A DNA stretch of 64,000 bases from an uncultured Bacteriovoracaceae bacterium (GCA_964012805.1 CAXGUD010000015.1:23419-87418), one strand, 5' to 3'; shown: positions 49,649 to 60,697, counted from the stretch's first letter. Notes: generated from the letters alone by a model not told the origin. A program made the numbers and translations.

Positions 49649-51136
49649 ATGATGAAAGAACCTTATGCTATCCATTGGTTTAGACGGGACTTGCGCGTTC
49701 CTGGTAATGAAATCCTCGATTGGTTAAGGCAAAAGTATAAGGGCAGGGTTATAGGTTTATTTTGCTTCGATAAATTATTCTTATCAAGGAAAGATTTTTC
49801 TTGTAACAGATTTCAGTTTTTTTTAGAAACCCTTAAATCACTCAAAAAAGATTTGCGAAAAATGGGAGGTGACTTGCTCCTCTTAGATACAGGACCCCTG
49901 GAATCTTTTGATGAAATTTTCAAAGTATTAAAACAAAATAATATTGAGCTTCCAGAAACAATTTCATGGAATAGGGATTATGAGCCTTTTGCTTTAAAAA
50001 GAGACCGAAAAATGATCTCCTTTTTTAAAGAAATGGAAGTCTCTACTTACAATGGCCGAGACCATCTCATAATTGAACCTCACGAAATCACCAAAGGTTC
50101 AAAAGGGGACGAAGGTTATAAGGTTTACACCCCTTTTTACAATAAATGGATACAAAAATTTCAAGAAGAAAGCATTCAAACAAGAATAACTTTCCAAAAG
50201 AGATCATTGAGTCTTGTAAAAGAAATTTCTCATGGAAAATATCCTAAATTATTTTCACTCACATGGACAAAGCTTTTAAAAAATAAAAATAAGTTCCCAG
50301 ACTACCTAGAAAAATACATAGAGCAAAATAAAAAAGCAGTCACGATCTCGATCCCAAAAGCTGGAAATCTAGAAGCTTTTGAATTACTTCGGTCCTTTAG
50401 CTCTAGAGTCAAAAACTATACTTCAGATAGAGATTTCCCTTCTATAAAAGGAACATCAGGCCTTTCTCTTTTTTTGAAAAATGGATCAATATCAACAGGC
50501 CAGATTGTCAGCTTTTTAAATTTAAACCCTTTTGATAAAAATGCCCATCCAGGAAAAGTTACTTTTTTAAAAGAAATTGTTTGGAGAGAATTTTATTACC
50601 ACATTCTCTTTCACTTTCCTTACGTGGAAAAGGAAGCTTTTAAACCGTCTTACCGGACTATCTCTTGGAGTAATAATAAAACCCATTTCAAAGCCTGGAA
50701 AGAGGGTCAAACAGGCTTTCCCATTGTTGACGCAGGAATGAGGCAACTCAGGCAGACAGGTTGGATGCATAACAGAGTTCGAATGATCGTTGCCAGTTTC
50801 TTAACAAAGGACCTTCTTATTGATTGGAAGTGGGGGGAAAAATATTTTATGGAACAGCTTTTAGATGGTGACCTTGCCCCTAATAATGGTGGATGGCAAT
50901 GGGCCGCTTCTACCGGCTGTGACTCTCAGCCTTATTTTAGAATTTTCAACCCTTGGACCCAAGGTCAAAAATTTGACCCAGATGCAGAGTACATAAAAAA
51001 GTATATTCCAGAGCTAAAAGAATTTAGTCCAAAAGAAATTCACTCGGGTAAGGTTAGTCATAAATCTTATCCTAATCCAATAGTTGATCACAAAGTTCAA
51101 AGAGAAAAGGCCCTAAAATTATATAAAGAGCTATAA
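49649..51136 (+). CDS. phrB: Deoxyribodipyrimidine photolyase
   Basis: WFRRDLR, YKVYTPF, WREFY, TGFPIVDAGMRQL..TGWMHNRVRM, NNGGWQW, YFRIFNP. Confidence 0.93.
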   Translation: MMKEPYAIHWFRRDLRVPGNEILDWLRQKYKGRVIGLFCFDKLFLSRKDFSCNRFQFFLETLKSLKKDLRKMGGDLLLLDTGPLESFDEIFKVLKQNNIELPETISWNRDYEPFALKRDRKMISFFKEMEVSTYNGRDHLIIEPHEITKGSKGDEGYKVYTPFYNKWIQKFQEESIQTRITFQKRSLSLVKEISHGKYPKLFSLTWTKLLKNKNKFPDYLEKYIEQNKKAVTISIPKAGNLEAFELLRSFSSRVKNYTSDRDFPSIKGTSGLSLFLKNGSISTGQIVSFLNLNPFDKNAHPGKVTFLKEIVWREFYYHILFHFPYVEKEAFKPSYRTISWSNNKTHFKAWKEGQTGFPIVDAGMRQLRQTGWMHNRVRMIVASFLTKDLLIDWKWGEKYFMEQLLDGDLAPNNGGWQWAASTGCDSQPYFRIFNPWTQGQKFDPDAEYIKKYIPELKEFSPKEIHSGKVSHKSYPNPIVDHKVQREKALKLYKEL

Positions 51137-51227
51137 ACTCCCATATTGTAAGACAATTTACACTTGCCACAACTCAAAAACCAAATTTTAATTAGAGTAT
51201 CCCTTGCAAAAAAGGAGACTTAAAAAA

Positions 51228-52952
51228 ATGACCAGCTCATTACAGCCCCATCAAAGCGCCAGAAAAGACCTTCAAAAATGGAGGGAAAAATTAAAAGAAA
51301 ACTTTTATGATTTAGATTCGTCTTTCCATCATTCTCTTAAAATGGCGATTCCAAAAAAATTTGAGGAACTTCATCCGTCCCTCTCTAGTTACGGAAAGTT
51401 AGTTTTTGAAAAATTAGAAAAGCTTGTCAATGAAAATGACCTATTTATAAATAACCCCAGGCTTGAAAGCTATGATGAAATTGGACAAAGTGATCAGAGA
51501 GTCATTCACCATCCTCTTTATCATCAAACAGGAGACCTTATCTACAAAAGCGGGATGATGAAAAAAATGAGCTCGCCAGGTGGGCTTCTACCTTCCCTTG
51601 CTTATTTTTACCTCTCCTCCCATGCTGGAGAAGCTGGTCATCATTGCCCCATTGCCTGCTCAGCTGGTATTATTAGGATCCTACAAAAAGTTCCCGACTT
51701 TCCAAAAAAACAGTTTTTTCTTGAAAAGTTAACAGAGTCTTCTTTTGAAACAAATTTCACAGGGGCCCAATTTCTCACTGAAATACAGGGAGGATCTGAC
51801 GTTGGTAAAAATGCCACTTTTGCCACCCAAGATGAAAAAAATGACTGGAGGATTCACGGAGAAAAATGGTTCTGTTCAAATGCTAATGCAGAACTCATTT
51901 TACTTACAGCACGTTATGATCAAAATATTAAAGGAACGAAAGGCCTAGGACTTTTTTTAATTCCACAGAAACTGGAAAACGGCCAAACGAATTCTTATAC
52001 TTTAAGGCAACTTAAAAACAAAATAGGAACAAGGGCCATGGCCAGTGCTGAAATAGACTTTGAAGGTGCACTCGCATGGCCTGTTGGTAAAATTGAGGAT
52101 GGTTTTTCTCTCGTAATGGAAAATGTTCTTCACATTTCAAGAATCTTCAATACTTTTACTTGCCTTGGAATGGGAAAAAGAGCATATCAAGTTGCAAAAA
52201 CTTACGCTCATAATAGAAAGGCTTTTGGAAAAAGTATTGATCAATACCCGCTTATTCAAGAAACTCTTGCTGACATGAGAGTAGAACAATTGGCCCTCAT
52301 GAGTTTTATTATAAAAACAACTTCCCTCCAGGACCAACACGATACAGGTGAATTGATTACGCCTGAAAACAAACTCCTCTTAAGGATTATGGTTAACCTC
52401 AATAAATATATTTCTTCTCTATGGTCATTAGAGCATATTCACAGGGCAATAGATATACTTGGTGGAAATGGTGCCATTGAGACTTTTTCACCACTTCCAA
52501 GACTTTTAAGAGATAGCATAGTTTGTGAAAATTGGGAAGGAACTCACAACACTCTTAGAATGCAGATTCTAAGGGATATCGAACGCTACAAAATCGATTC
52601 TATTTTTGTTTCATACCTTGAAAACGAAATACCAAAACTGTCAAAGGCGTATCAGAAAAAATTTATGGAATATCTAGAAGCTCTAAAGAACGACCTCTCT
52701 TGGTTTAAAAATCAAACTCCTTACGACAAATCCTTTTTTATTAAAGAAATAACAAACCACCTTTCTTTTTTAGGCATGGCCTTCTCGCTTGGCCTAGAAG
52801 CAACTCATCAAAAAGAAACGGGAGAAAAAGGAGTCAAAGAGAAAGCGCTGGATTTTTTCACGAATAAATATTTAAGTAAAAGGGAAAAACTTATAGAAAT
52901 TGGAGACCATATTAGACTGGAGGATTTTCTCGAGATCACAAAAGGCAATTAA
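51228..52952 (+). CDS. Acyl-CoA dehydrogenase, AidB-like
   Basis: H.CP, QFLTEIQGGSDVG, GEKWFCS, LKNKIGTRAMASAEI, GGNG.IE, WEGT.N; ATG at 51228 after AGGAG. Confidence 0.85.
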   Translation: MTSSLQPHQSARKDLQKWREKLKENFYDLDSSFHHSLKMAIPKKFEELHPSLSSYGKLVFEKLEKLVNENDLFINNPRLESYDEIGQSDQRVIHHPLYHQTGDLIYKSGMMKKMSSPGGLLPSLAYFYLSSHAGEAGHHCPIACSAGIIRILQKVPDFPKKQFFLEKLTESSFETNFTGAQFLTEIQGGSDVGKNATFATQDEKNDWRIHGEKWFCSNANAELILLTARYDQNIKGTKGLGLFLIPQKLENGQTNSYTLRQLKNKIGTRAMASAEIDFEGALAWPVGKIEDGFSLVMENVLHISRIFNTFTCLGMGKRAYQVAKTYAHNRKAFGKSIDQYPLIQETLADMRVEQLALMSFIIKTTSLQDQHDTGELITPENKLLLRIMVNLNKYISSLWSLEHIHRAIDILGGNGAIETFSPLPRLLRDSIVCENWEGTHNTLRMQILRDIERYKIDSIFVSYLENEIPKLSKAYQKKFMEYLEALKNDLSWFKNQTPYDKSFFIKEITNHLSFLGMAFSLGLEATHQKETGEKGVKEKALDFFTNKYLSKREKLIEIGDHIRLEDFLEITKGN

Positions 52953-53317
52953 GCATCTCCAAATTTAAAAAGAAGCGACTTTACCTTTTTTTCTGTAACC
53001 GGCTTATTGAGCCATCCTTTTACACAACTATGGGACTTTAAACTGTCTGCTAGTTTTTCCTCAAGGTGAGATGAGCAAATTACGGTTGGTATTTTTCGAA
53101 GGTTCTCGTCCTCATCCTGGCTTTTTACAAATTGTGCTCCATCCATATCCGGCATATTCATATCACAAATAATAAGGTCAAAAGACGTATCGTGCCTCAA
53201 AATATCATGGGCATGACTCCCGCTCTTAGCTTCTAATACATGGTGCCCATACTTTTCAAAAGTCATTTTGATTTTTGCCCGAGTTGTTTCAGAGTCATCA
53301 ATTGTTAAAATTCTCAA
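52949..53317 (-). CDS. Single-domain response regulator (CheY-like)
   Basis: IDDS, ICDMNMPDMDG, WLNKP. Confidence 0.88.
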   Translation of the reverse strand: MRILTIDDSETTRAKIKMTFEKYGHHVLEAKSGSHAHDILRHDTSFDLIICDMNMPDMDGAQFVKSQDEDENLRKIPTVICSSHLEEKLADSLKSHSCVKGWLNKPVTEKKVKSLLFKFGDA

Positions 53318-53415
53318 GCTCTAACTCCATTTAGATCGGAACCTATCCAATAATTTAATCAAAACTTTAATCTTTATTTATACTTTACATTATTAGGATC
53401 ATTCTACATTTAAAC

Positions 53416-53937
53416 TTAAGATGATGAAATCCAGGGAATCCAATACCACCACTCTTCAGGATCCTCTTTTGTGAGTTTTATGCAGAGTTGAGGGGCCCAT
53501 GGAGGCTTTGATGGCTCTTTTAAGAGCTTCATATGACATTCATCAAGAAGTCGACTGCCTTTTTTGCAGTTGCAAGCTTGACAGCATGTGACCACATTTT
53601 CCCAAGTTGTTCCTCCTCCTTTACTTTTAGGAACTACATGATCAAAAGTCAGTTCTTTATGAGAAAAGTTTTTGGCACAGTATTGGCAGGTATAATTGTC
53701 CCTCCAATACACATTAGGTCTATTAAACTTAACTTCCCGCCTACTCGTATGCCCTGTTAAAAGGCGTAATATTTTGGGAAGCTGAAAAGTCATGGAGATG
53801 GATCTTATTTTAATTTCCTCGTACTCATCGACAACCTCTGCTCTCCCAGTTATAAAAAGAATCATGGCCTTTTGCCAATTAACAACCCGTAACGGGTAGA
53901 ACCTATTGTCGAGGAGAAGAGTTCTCATAACGTCCAT
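53416..53937 (-). CDS. HNH endonuclease (McrA-like)
   Basis: RDNYTCQYC...LTFDHVVPKSKGG.TTWENVVTCC..CN.KKG. Confidence 0.9.
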   Translation of the reverse strand: MDVMRTLLLDNRFYPLRVVNWQKAMILFITGRAEVVDEYEEIKIRSISMTFQLPKILRLLTGHTSRREVKFNRPNVYWRDNYTCQYCAKNFSHKELTFDHVVPKSKGGGTTWENVVTCCQACNCKKGSRLLDECHMKLLKEPSKPPWAPQLCIKLTKEDPEEWWYWIPWISSS

Positions 53938-54110
53938 CCCTTGTAAGTATCTCCAACAGTCGAAGTCTTTTATATTTTTCTACTTTTTTTATTTGTCGGT
54001 CGAATTAAACCTCGCTTTCGAATCAATTAAGCGACTATATTAACATAGCTTAACATTAACAGAAAAAAGGTGGGGGAAAAGATTCAAAGACTTGAGTATT
54101 TGAATGAATA

Positions 54111-54158
54111 GACCCCTAGACCATTTATCTTTTGCCAAGAAAATTGGTCTATAGGGTC
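54111..54158 (-). terminator. Long imperfect hairpin downstream of the acyl-CoA ligase
   Basis: GACCCCTAGACCA...TGGTCTATAGGGTC outer stem with inner TCTT/AAGA pairing. Confidence 0.55.
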
Positions 54159-54178
54159 CTAGTCTCGAGAGAATTTAT

Positions 54179-55975
54179 TTAATAAAGGCCATCTATTTCT
54201 TTGGCATATTTATTGTAAATAAACTTTCTTTTCATTTTCATAGTCGGAGTTAACTCCCCCGTATCGACTGTGAAACTTGTGCCAAGGATAGTAAACTTCT
54301 TTATCCCTTCAACTTTTGAAAGAGTCTGATTCACTTCTTCAATATGTTCAGCAACATATGATTTAACTTTTTCACTTTCGGCCATTGAGGATAGGTCTTG
54401 TAGTTCAATCCCAAGGTTATTCGCTAAATCAGCAAGGGTCTCCGCATTTAAAGTAATAAGCGCACTCAAATACTTCTTCTGATCTCCAATAACAACGGCG
54501 TGCTCAACAGAAGGTATATTTTTAAGTTTCCCTTCAATCATTTGAGGAGCAATATTTTTTCCACCGGCCGTTATGATGATATCTTTTTTCCTGTCAGTTA
54601 TTTTTACATAACCTTCTTCATCAAACTCAGCAATATCTCCACTATGAAGCCAACCATCTTCATCTATTGCTTCTTTAGTGGCCTTATCATTTTTAAAATA
54701 ACCTTTAAAAATATGAGGTCCCCTCATAAGAAGCTCACCATCCTCTGCTATTTTTATATCTGTCCCTGGAAGTGGAAATCCACATGTTCCCGTTTTATAA
54801 CGATGGGGAAGAGAAAGTGTTCCAGGACCTGTCGTCTCACTCATTCCAAAGATTTCATAAATTGGAATACCTAAAGCCAAAAAGAACTCTAGAGTATCGC
54901 GGCTAATAGGAGCTGCTGCTGTAAAACATAACCTTGCTCTATCAAGTCCAAGCTTTTCTTTTACTTTGCTAAAAATTATTCTATCAGCAACACAATACAT
55001 AAGAGGCTTACTTTCGCCTCTCTGCTCTGCATAACCTGAATAGAGTCCAACTTTTTTAGCTCCCCTTATAATCATCTTTCTTAAGGGTGGGTTTTCAGCT
55101 CCGGCTGCCTCCATTTTTTCTTTTATTTTTTCCCAAACCCTTGGAACTGCAAAAAAGAAGTTTGGCCTAACTTCTCTTAAGGTGTCTCCAAGTTTTTCAA
55201 GATCTTCTACAAAATAGACACAACCGCCACTTGCAAGAGTTCCATAAACAGTAATTAACTGCTCAGCAATATGACTTAAAGGAAGATAGCTAAGCCATTC
55301 ATCCTTCTCGGTGATATTTTCAAAGTTCAACATAGTCATTGAAGTCCAAATGATGTTTTCATGGGTCAACATAACACCCTTTGGGTTTCCTGTTGTCCCC
55401 GATGTATAAACAAGAGTTCCTACATCGCTACCCTTAAGGGCCTCATAACGTGATTGAAGTTCAGATTCCTCTACACTCCTCCCCATATCGAGAACATCTT
55501 CCCAACGGTAAACAGTTTCGTCCTCATCAGAACCCTCCATTAATATGATTGCCTTGAGTTTAGGAAGTTGTTCTTTTACCTCTTTAAATTTTTGAAGTTG
55601 CTGTTCATTTTGAACCACTGCAACTGAAGCATCGCAATGACCTGCAATATAGGCACACTGTTCAGGTGAATTTGTCGTATAAATCCCTGCAGGAATGGCA
55701 CCGACAGCGATCGCTGCCAAGTCGGAAATAACCCATCTAGTGCAATTATTACCTAATATGACAAACCCGTCTCCTTTTTCTACACCAATTTGAATAAGGC
55801 CTCTCCCCAAAAGCATTATTTCTTCATAGAGACCTTGCCATGTAATTCCTTCCCAACGACCAAACTTTTTTTCCTTGAAAACTTCTCTGTCTGGAAACCT
55901 ATCAACAGTTTCAATTAACTGTTGAATCACTGTTTCGTTCTTCATTCTTCCCTCCATTGACAGCGGCCTTTTCAT
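54179..55975 (-). CDS. Long-chain fatty acid-CoA ligase
   Basis: YTSGTTGNPKGV, SYLPLSHIAEQ, FGMSET, WLHSGDI, TAGGKNIAP, LTPTMK; start may be ATG 55945. Confidence 0.92.
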   Translation of the reverse strand: MKRPLSMEGRMKNETVIQQLIETVDRFPDREVFKEKKFGRWEGITWQGLYEEIMLLGRGLIQIGVEKGDGFVILGNNCTRWVISDLAAIAVGAIPAGIYTTNSPEQCAYIAGHCDASVAVVQNEQQLQKFKEVKEQLPKLKAIILMEGSDEDETVYRWEDVLDMGRSVEESELQSRYEALKGSDVGTLVYTSGTTGNPKGVMLTHENIIWTSMTMLNFENITEKDEWLSYLPLSHIAEQLITVYGTLASGGCVYFVEDLEKLGDTLREVRPNFFFAVPRVWEKIKEKMEAAGAENPPLRKMIIRGAKKVGLYSGYAEQRGESKPLMYCVADRIIFSKVKEKLGLDRARLCFTAAAPISRDTLEFFLALGIPIYEIFGMSETTGPGTLSLPHRYKTGTCGFPLPGTDIKIAEDGELLMRGPHIFKGYFKNDKATKEAIDEDGWLHSGDIAEFDEEGYVKITDRKKDIIITAGGKNIAPQMIEGKLKNIPSVEHAVVIGDQKKYLSALITLNAETLADLANNLGIELQDLSSMAESEKVKSYVAEHIEEVNQTLSKVEGIKKFTILGTSFTVDTGELTPTMKMKRKFIYNKYAKEIDGLY

Positions 55976-56135
55976 CCTAAAGAGCTTTGGCCCTTTTAAG
56001 ATGATTCGGTCACCACCTTAATTGCAATATTGACAGTTCTTAAAGATTTGTTAATGATCTTAACTTTAACTAGTATACCAAAAATTCAATTTAATTCGCA
56101 TGCGTTTATACTCATTTTAACTAAGGTCTTGTCAA

Positions 56136-57194
56136 ATGAGCACTCAAAAACGAACGATTCTCTTTTCGACACTTTGTCTTATTTTATTAGGCACTTTGTT
56201 TTCCAGAGCTTTTGCCTCAACAAATAAACTAAACATTCTTCCTCTTAATCCATATGGAGAAGAGCAGGGCCTCTTTAGAGAAACCTGGGAAAAAGTCAAA
56301 AGCATATCTTTTGAAGAAGATACAAAGACCTTCCAAAACACTACGATTTATCTTGTGAGCGGAATCTCAACCAAACACTATCCGCCCATGATCAATTTTT
56401 TAAGACTTTTTGGCTTTAGTGGCCCAAGGGACTTAGCCGACTCCTTTAATCAACAAAAGGTCTTTTTTAAACGCCAAAATATTTCCTTTAAAGATATTGC
56501 AATTAAAACTAATGGAGACCCTGAAGAAAATGCCACTATTATTAAAAAGGCCTTGACCCACTCCAAATCTCGAAGAGCTTTTATTGTTTCTCACTCAAAA
56601 GGTGGACTTGATGTTCTTTATAGCTTCCTCCAGTATCCGGAAATAAGAGAAAGAGTTCAAGGCTGGATCGCGCTACAAACTCCCTTTATGGGAACCCCCC
56701 TTTCAAAGCCAGTAGTTTCCCCAAGTCCTCTAGGTCCTTTTGCTCGGCTTGTTGAATTCATTACAACCAATGGAAGGGATAGCCTTGGTAGCTTAACTCA
56801 AGACTACAGAAAGAACTTCTATGATAGAAATTATAAGGAAATTCAAAAAATTGTTAAAGAAATTCCTACCATAGGCCTTGGGAGCTGGTTTCTTTACCCA
56901 GACGAAAACACATATTCTTACAGAGGGGAAAAAGTCTTTTGGGAACTGCCTAAGATGAAAAAAAGTGTACTTCATCCCACTATCAAAATAATATACCAAA
57001 CAGATGGTCCAAACGATGGCCTTGTTCCGATGAAAAGCTCTTGCTTTGAAGGCATTCAATGTTTTCTACTTGGGAACCTGGATCATGCAAGCACAGTTAT
57101 GAGGACGGAGTACTTTTTTGATATTGGTAGAGAAAAGAGGATTCATCTGACAAGAGTTTTTCTCTATATACTCCTAAACAAGATAGGAGATTAG
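56136..57194 (+). CDS. Exported lipase-like alpha/beta hydrolase
   Basis: SHSKGG, Q.PF.GTP, NDGLVP, DH motifs; signal peptide. Confidence 0.75.
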   Translation: MSTQKRTILFSTLCLILLGTLFSRAFASTNKLNILPLNPYGEEQGLFRETWEKVKSISFEEDTKTFQNTTIYLVSGISTKHYPPMINFLRLFGFSGPRDLADSFNQQKVFFKRQNISFKDIAIKTNGDPEENATIIKKALTHSKSRRAFIVSHSKGGLDVLYSFLQYPEIRERVQGWIALQTPFMGTPLSKPVVSPSPLGPFARLVEFITTNGRDSLGSLTQDYRKNFYDRNYKEIQKIVKEIPTIGLGSWFLYPDENTYSYRGEKVFWELPKMKKSVLHPTIKIIYQTDGPNDGLVPMKSSCFEGIQCFLLGNLDHASTVMRTEYFFDIGREKRIHLTRVFLYILLNKIGD

Positions 57195-57202
57195 GACTTT
57201 AA

Positions 57203-57733
57203 ATGAGACTTTTTCTTGGTTTAGAAATACCTCCCGAAATTGTTTCAAAACTAGACCCATTATTTTTTGGATTACCAGGGGCCAACTGGGTAAAAAAGGA
57301 AGAGCTTCATATAACCCTTCGCTTTCTTGGGGAAATAAATATCCATCAGATGAGAGACATTGACGAAATTCTCAAAAATCTATCCTACCCTTCGTTTCCA
57401 GTTAAACTTAAAAGTGTCGGTGCCTTTTATAACAAACGCTACCCTAAAGTGACTTGGGTAGGTGTCGATGGTGACAGTGACCTTTTGGAGCTTCAAAAAA
57501 AAATTGAAAGGGCCATTAGACAAACTCTAACTCTTGAAAGAAAAAAATATAAACCCCACCTCACACTGGCCCGTAATAGGGACACAAGCTTTCAAGACAT
57601 GGCCAATTACCTTGAGTTAAACTCACTATTTTCAGCTGGCCCCTTTGAAGTCGATCACTTTAACCTCTACTCTAGCATTCCAACAAGTGATGGCCCTCGC
57701 TACAGCATTGAACAAAGCTACTCTTTATCTTGA
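57203..57733 (+). CDS. thpR: RNA 2',3'-cyclic phosphodiesterase (2H family)
   Basis: MRLF.G, HITL.FLG, PHLTLAR. Confidence 0.9.
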   Translation: MRLFLGLEIPPEIVSKLDPLFFGLPGANWVKKEELHITLRFLGEINIHQMRDIDEILKNLSYPSFPVKLKSVGAFYNKRYPKVTWVGVDGDSDLLELQKKIERAIRQTLTLERKKYKPHLTLARNRDTSFQDMANYLELNSLFSAGPFEVDHFNLYSSIPTSDGPRYSIEQSYSLS

Positions 57734-58854
57734 GAGTTTAGGAAAGATAGGAAAGCCTCTCTCAGAGGGTGGGTTTCCTTAGACTCAGCATTTGCCAACT
57801 TCTCAAAAAGAGACCTCTCCTCCGACCCGAGAGAGGTTGGAGTTTCAACTTGAACTTCAACATAGTGATCTCCGGTTCCACTTCTTCCTAAAATAGGAAC
57901 GCCTTTATTTTTTATCCTTAAACGTGTCCCGGATTGAATTCCCTTAGGTATATTGACTTCAACCTTACCATGCAGAGTGGGCATCTCGAAAGGACCACCA
58001 AAAACGGCATCAGAAAACTTAATTGGAAGAATTGTAAAAACATCAAAATCTTCCCTTCTAAAAAAAGGATGGCTCTGAATATCAATTAAAATATAAAGAT
58101 CTCCTGAAGGCCCTCCAAATTGCCCCGCATTTCCCTGGCCTGACAACTTCATTCTTTGACCTTCATCAATCCCAGCAGGAATATCAACTTCTATTTTGGA
58201 AAACTCCTTTTGAACTCCCTCACCTTTACAATCAGGGCATGGATTTTTTATGATTTCACCGCTACCTTTACACTGGGGGCATGTTGACTGAATAGTAAAA
58301 AACCCTTGTCGTCTTAAAACCTGCCCGTGGCCATCGCACGCTTCACATACACTAGGTGTGGAACCTTTTTTGAGCCCACTTCCCCCACAAGTTCCGCAGC
58401 GTTTATTTCTTTTTACTTTAAAGGAATGAGGTCCACCGAGGGCCGCAAGTTCAAAAGGTAAGCTTAGGCCTAATTCGAGGTCATCTCCTGCTCTCCCCCT
58501 TCCAGAACCCCTTCTTCTGTTCCCTCGGCTGCCTCCCCCAAATAAATCACCAAAAACGTCTCCAAAGATTTCGCTAAATATATCCCCAGGATTTGCTCCA
58601 CCTCCAAAACCTCCTTGACCAAGGCCCTCATAACCAAACCGATCATAAAGCCTCCTCTTCTCATCATCGAGAAGAATATCAGCCGCTTCTGAAGCTTCCT
58701 TAAATTTTTCCTCAGACTCTTTTCCAGGGTTTCGGTCGGGGTGGTACTTCATTGCCAACGATCTGTAGGCCTTTTTTATTTCAGTCTTACCTGCTCCTTT
58801 ACTAACGCCCAAAATCGAATAGGGGTCTTTTTTGCTCATCGTCATTCCCTTCAA
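57718..58854 (-). CDS. dnaJ: Chaperone DnaJ
   Basis: J domain with HPD, G/F region, four CxxCxGxG motifs, GDL; start may be ATG 58839. Confidence 0.93.
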   Translation of the reverse strand: MKGMTMSKKDPYSILGVSKGAGKTEIKKAYRSLAMKYHPDRNPGKESEEKFKEASEAADILLDDEKRRLYDRFGYEGLGQGGFGGGANPGDIFSEIFGDVFGDLFGGGSRGNRRRGSGRGRAGDDLELGLSLPFELAALGGPHSFKVKRNKRCGTCGGSGLKKGSTPSVCEACDGHGQVLRRQGFFTIQSTCPQCKGSGEIIKNPCPDCKGEGVQKEFSKIEVDIPAGIDEGQRMKLSGQGNAGQFGGPSGDLYILIDIQSHPFFRREDFDVFTILPIKFSDAVFGGPFEMPTLHGKVEVNIPKGIQSGTRLRIKNKGVPILGRSGTGDHYVEVQVETPTSLGSEERSLFEKLANAESKETHPLREAFLSFLNSQDKE

Positions 58855-59035
58855 TTGATCTAATGCTAACCGACCTTTAATTCTCTTTATTCTACATCCA
58901 ATTCAAAAAGGGCATCAGTTCTAGGAAATTGTGCTTAAAAAGAAGAAAATTTTTTTTCTTATGTTATGATTAGAGATGAAAGAATCTCAGGCAATGGTCC
59001 ACAAGACCTTTTTAATTTTAAAATAGGAATAAATT

Positions 59036-60073
59036 GTGGCGGAAGAACAACAATTAGACCCCGATGCGGAATATGCTCTTCTCACGGGAATAGAAAAGGC
59101 AGCTCTTCTGCTGAGTGTTCTTGGCGTTAACTCCACACAACTCATTTTTGAACACCTAAAAGACAATGACGTCAAAAAGCTCATTAATGGTATGAGTAAT
59201 GTTAGAAAATCTCCTATTTGGATGACGAAAAGAGTTTTAGAAGAGTTTTACGGCCAGGTCAATGAAGATGCGGACCTTCTCTTTTCTGACAACAAAGGTA
59301 AGGACTTTATTATCAATGCTCTCGGAGAAACAAGAGCGAAACAACTTCTTGGTCAAATTATCGACGTTGGAGACACCAATACTCTTGAATCACTTGAACT
59401 GGTCGATAGCCGAACTCTTGCTAACTTTCTTATAAATGAACATCCACAAACGATTGCCCTTATTATGGCCCATCTCGATACTGAAAGGATGGTCGATGTT
59501 TTAAGGCGCCTTCCCGAGGGGCTTCAAGCCGAAGTCGTTCTTAGGATCGCCAACCTTGATTACGTCTCACCAGAACTCATTGCTCAGCTCGATGATGTTC
59601 TAAAAACTGAGCTCTCAACCCTTGGGTCTATCGACACGAACCAACTAGGTGGTGTCGAACCTATTGCAGACATGCTTAATATGATGGATAGAGATAGCGA
59701 AAAATCAATCATGGCAAGAGTGGACGAAAAAGACCCTGAACTTGCTGAAGAAATTAGAAAACTTATGTTCGTTTTTGAAGATATTGTTCAAGTTGATGAT
59801 GGTGGTATCCAAAACCTTCTTAAAGATGTTGACAACGCTCTCCTTTGTACGGCGCTCAAAACAGCAACAGATGAAGTCAAAACGAAGCTCTTCAGTAACA
59901 TGTCTAACAGAGCTGCAACAATGCTCAATGAAGACCTTGAGGCCCTTGGGCCCACAAAACTTAGTGACGTTGAAAAAGCACAGGCCAGTATCGTTCAAAA
60001 AGTTAAAGAACTTGAAGCTGCTGGTAAGGCATTTATTAGCCGCGGCGGTGGTGGTGGTGACCAACTTGTATAA
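59036..60073 (+). CDS. fliG: Flagellar motor switch protein FliG
   Basis: LTGIEKAALLL, EHPQTIALI, GGV, MFVFEDI, NMS.RAA, DVEKAQ. Confidence 0.93.
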   Translation: MAEEQQLDPDAEYALLTGIEKAALLLSVLGVNSTQLIFEHLKDNDVKKLINGMSNVRKSPIWMTKRVLEEFYGQVNEDADLLFSDNKGKDFIINALGETRAKQLLGQIIDVGDTNTLESLELVDSRTLANFLINEHPQTIALIMAHLDTERMVDVLRRLPEGLQAEVVLRIANLDYVSPELIAQLDDVLKTELSTLGSIDTNQLGGVEPIADMLNMMDRDSEKSIMARVDEKDPELAEEIRKLMFVFEDIVQVDDGGIQNLLKDVDNALLCTALKTATDEVKTKLFSNMSNRAATMLNEDLEALGPTKLSDVEKAQASIVQKVKELEAAGKAFISRGGGGGDQLV

Positions 60074-60163
60074 CCTCCCCCTCCTTATAGATGGTCAATT
60101 AATTTTTGCTTTTCGCTTTTCACATTGCATGAACTTTAATAATCTACTCTCAAAAGGGGCCAA

Positions 60164-60697
60164 GTGATGAAATTAGAGAGCAAAGATATTATCCCTCGTT
60201 CGAGAGAAGAAGTTTATAACGTCCTCAAAAATGACCTGGAAAAACTTGTTCCCTATATGCCAAATGTCAGTAAAATTGAAATGGTTAACAGAACCGAAAA
60301 AGGTGAAGGTATTACGGCCATAACTAATTACTGGTACGCAAATGCAGAAATTCCAACGATAGCAAAAAAGTTTATCAAAGAAGACCTCATGAAATGGAAA
60401 GATAAAGCTGTCTGGAATGATAAAGAATTTTTTGTTGAATATGAACTTGAGTCCTTTTGGGGTAATGACATCTACGACGCAACTGGAAAGAATGTCATAA
60501 GCGAACTTGGACCTAACAAAACACAGCTGACTCTAACTTGTGATCTCATTATTCACCCCAATAAAGTACCTGGCGTTCCAAAGTTTTTAGTCAAGAAAGT
60601 ACTACCAGCAATAGAAGGGCTTATTCAAAAGGTCCTCCAGCCAAACTTGACCAGTTTAGGCAAGGGTTTAAATGAATATTTTAAGGCACAAACATAA
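60164..60697 (+). CDS. Hypothetical protein, possible SRPBCC/START-like fold
   Basis: SREEVY....D...L..YMPNV pattern and C-terminal helix; family call is tentative. Confidence 0.55.
   Translation: MMKLESKDIIPRSREEVYNVLKNDLEKLVPYMPNVSKIEMVNRTEKGEGITAITNYWYANAEIPTIAKKFIKEDLMKWKDKAVWNDKEFFVEYELESFWGNDIYDATGKNVISELGPNKTQLTLTCDLIIHPNKVPGVPKFLVKKVLPAIEGLIQKVLQPNLTSLGKGLNEYFKAQT

Noticed and set aside
53416..54158. HNH nuclease with an upstream hairpin as a possible IscB/OMEGA or HEARO system
   Set aside because: The protein is 173 aa with no RuvC or PLMP motifs, and the hairpin is better explained as the terminator of the acyl-CoA ligase.
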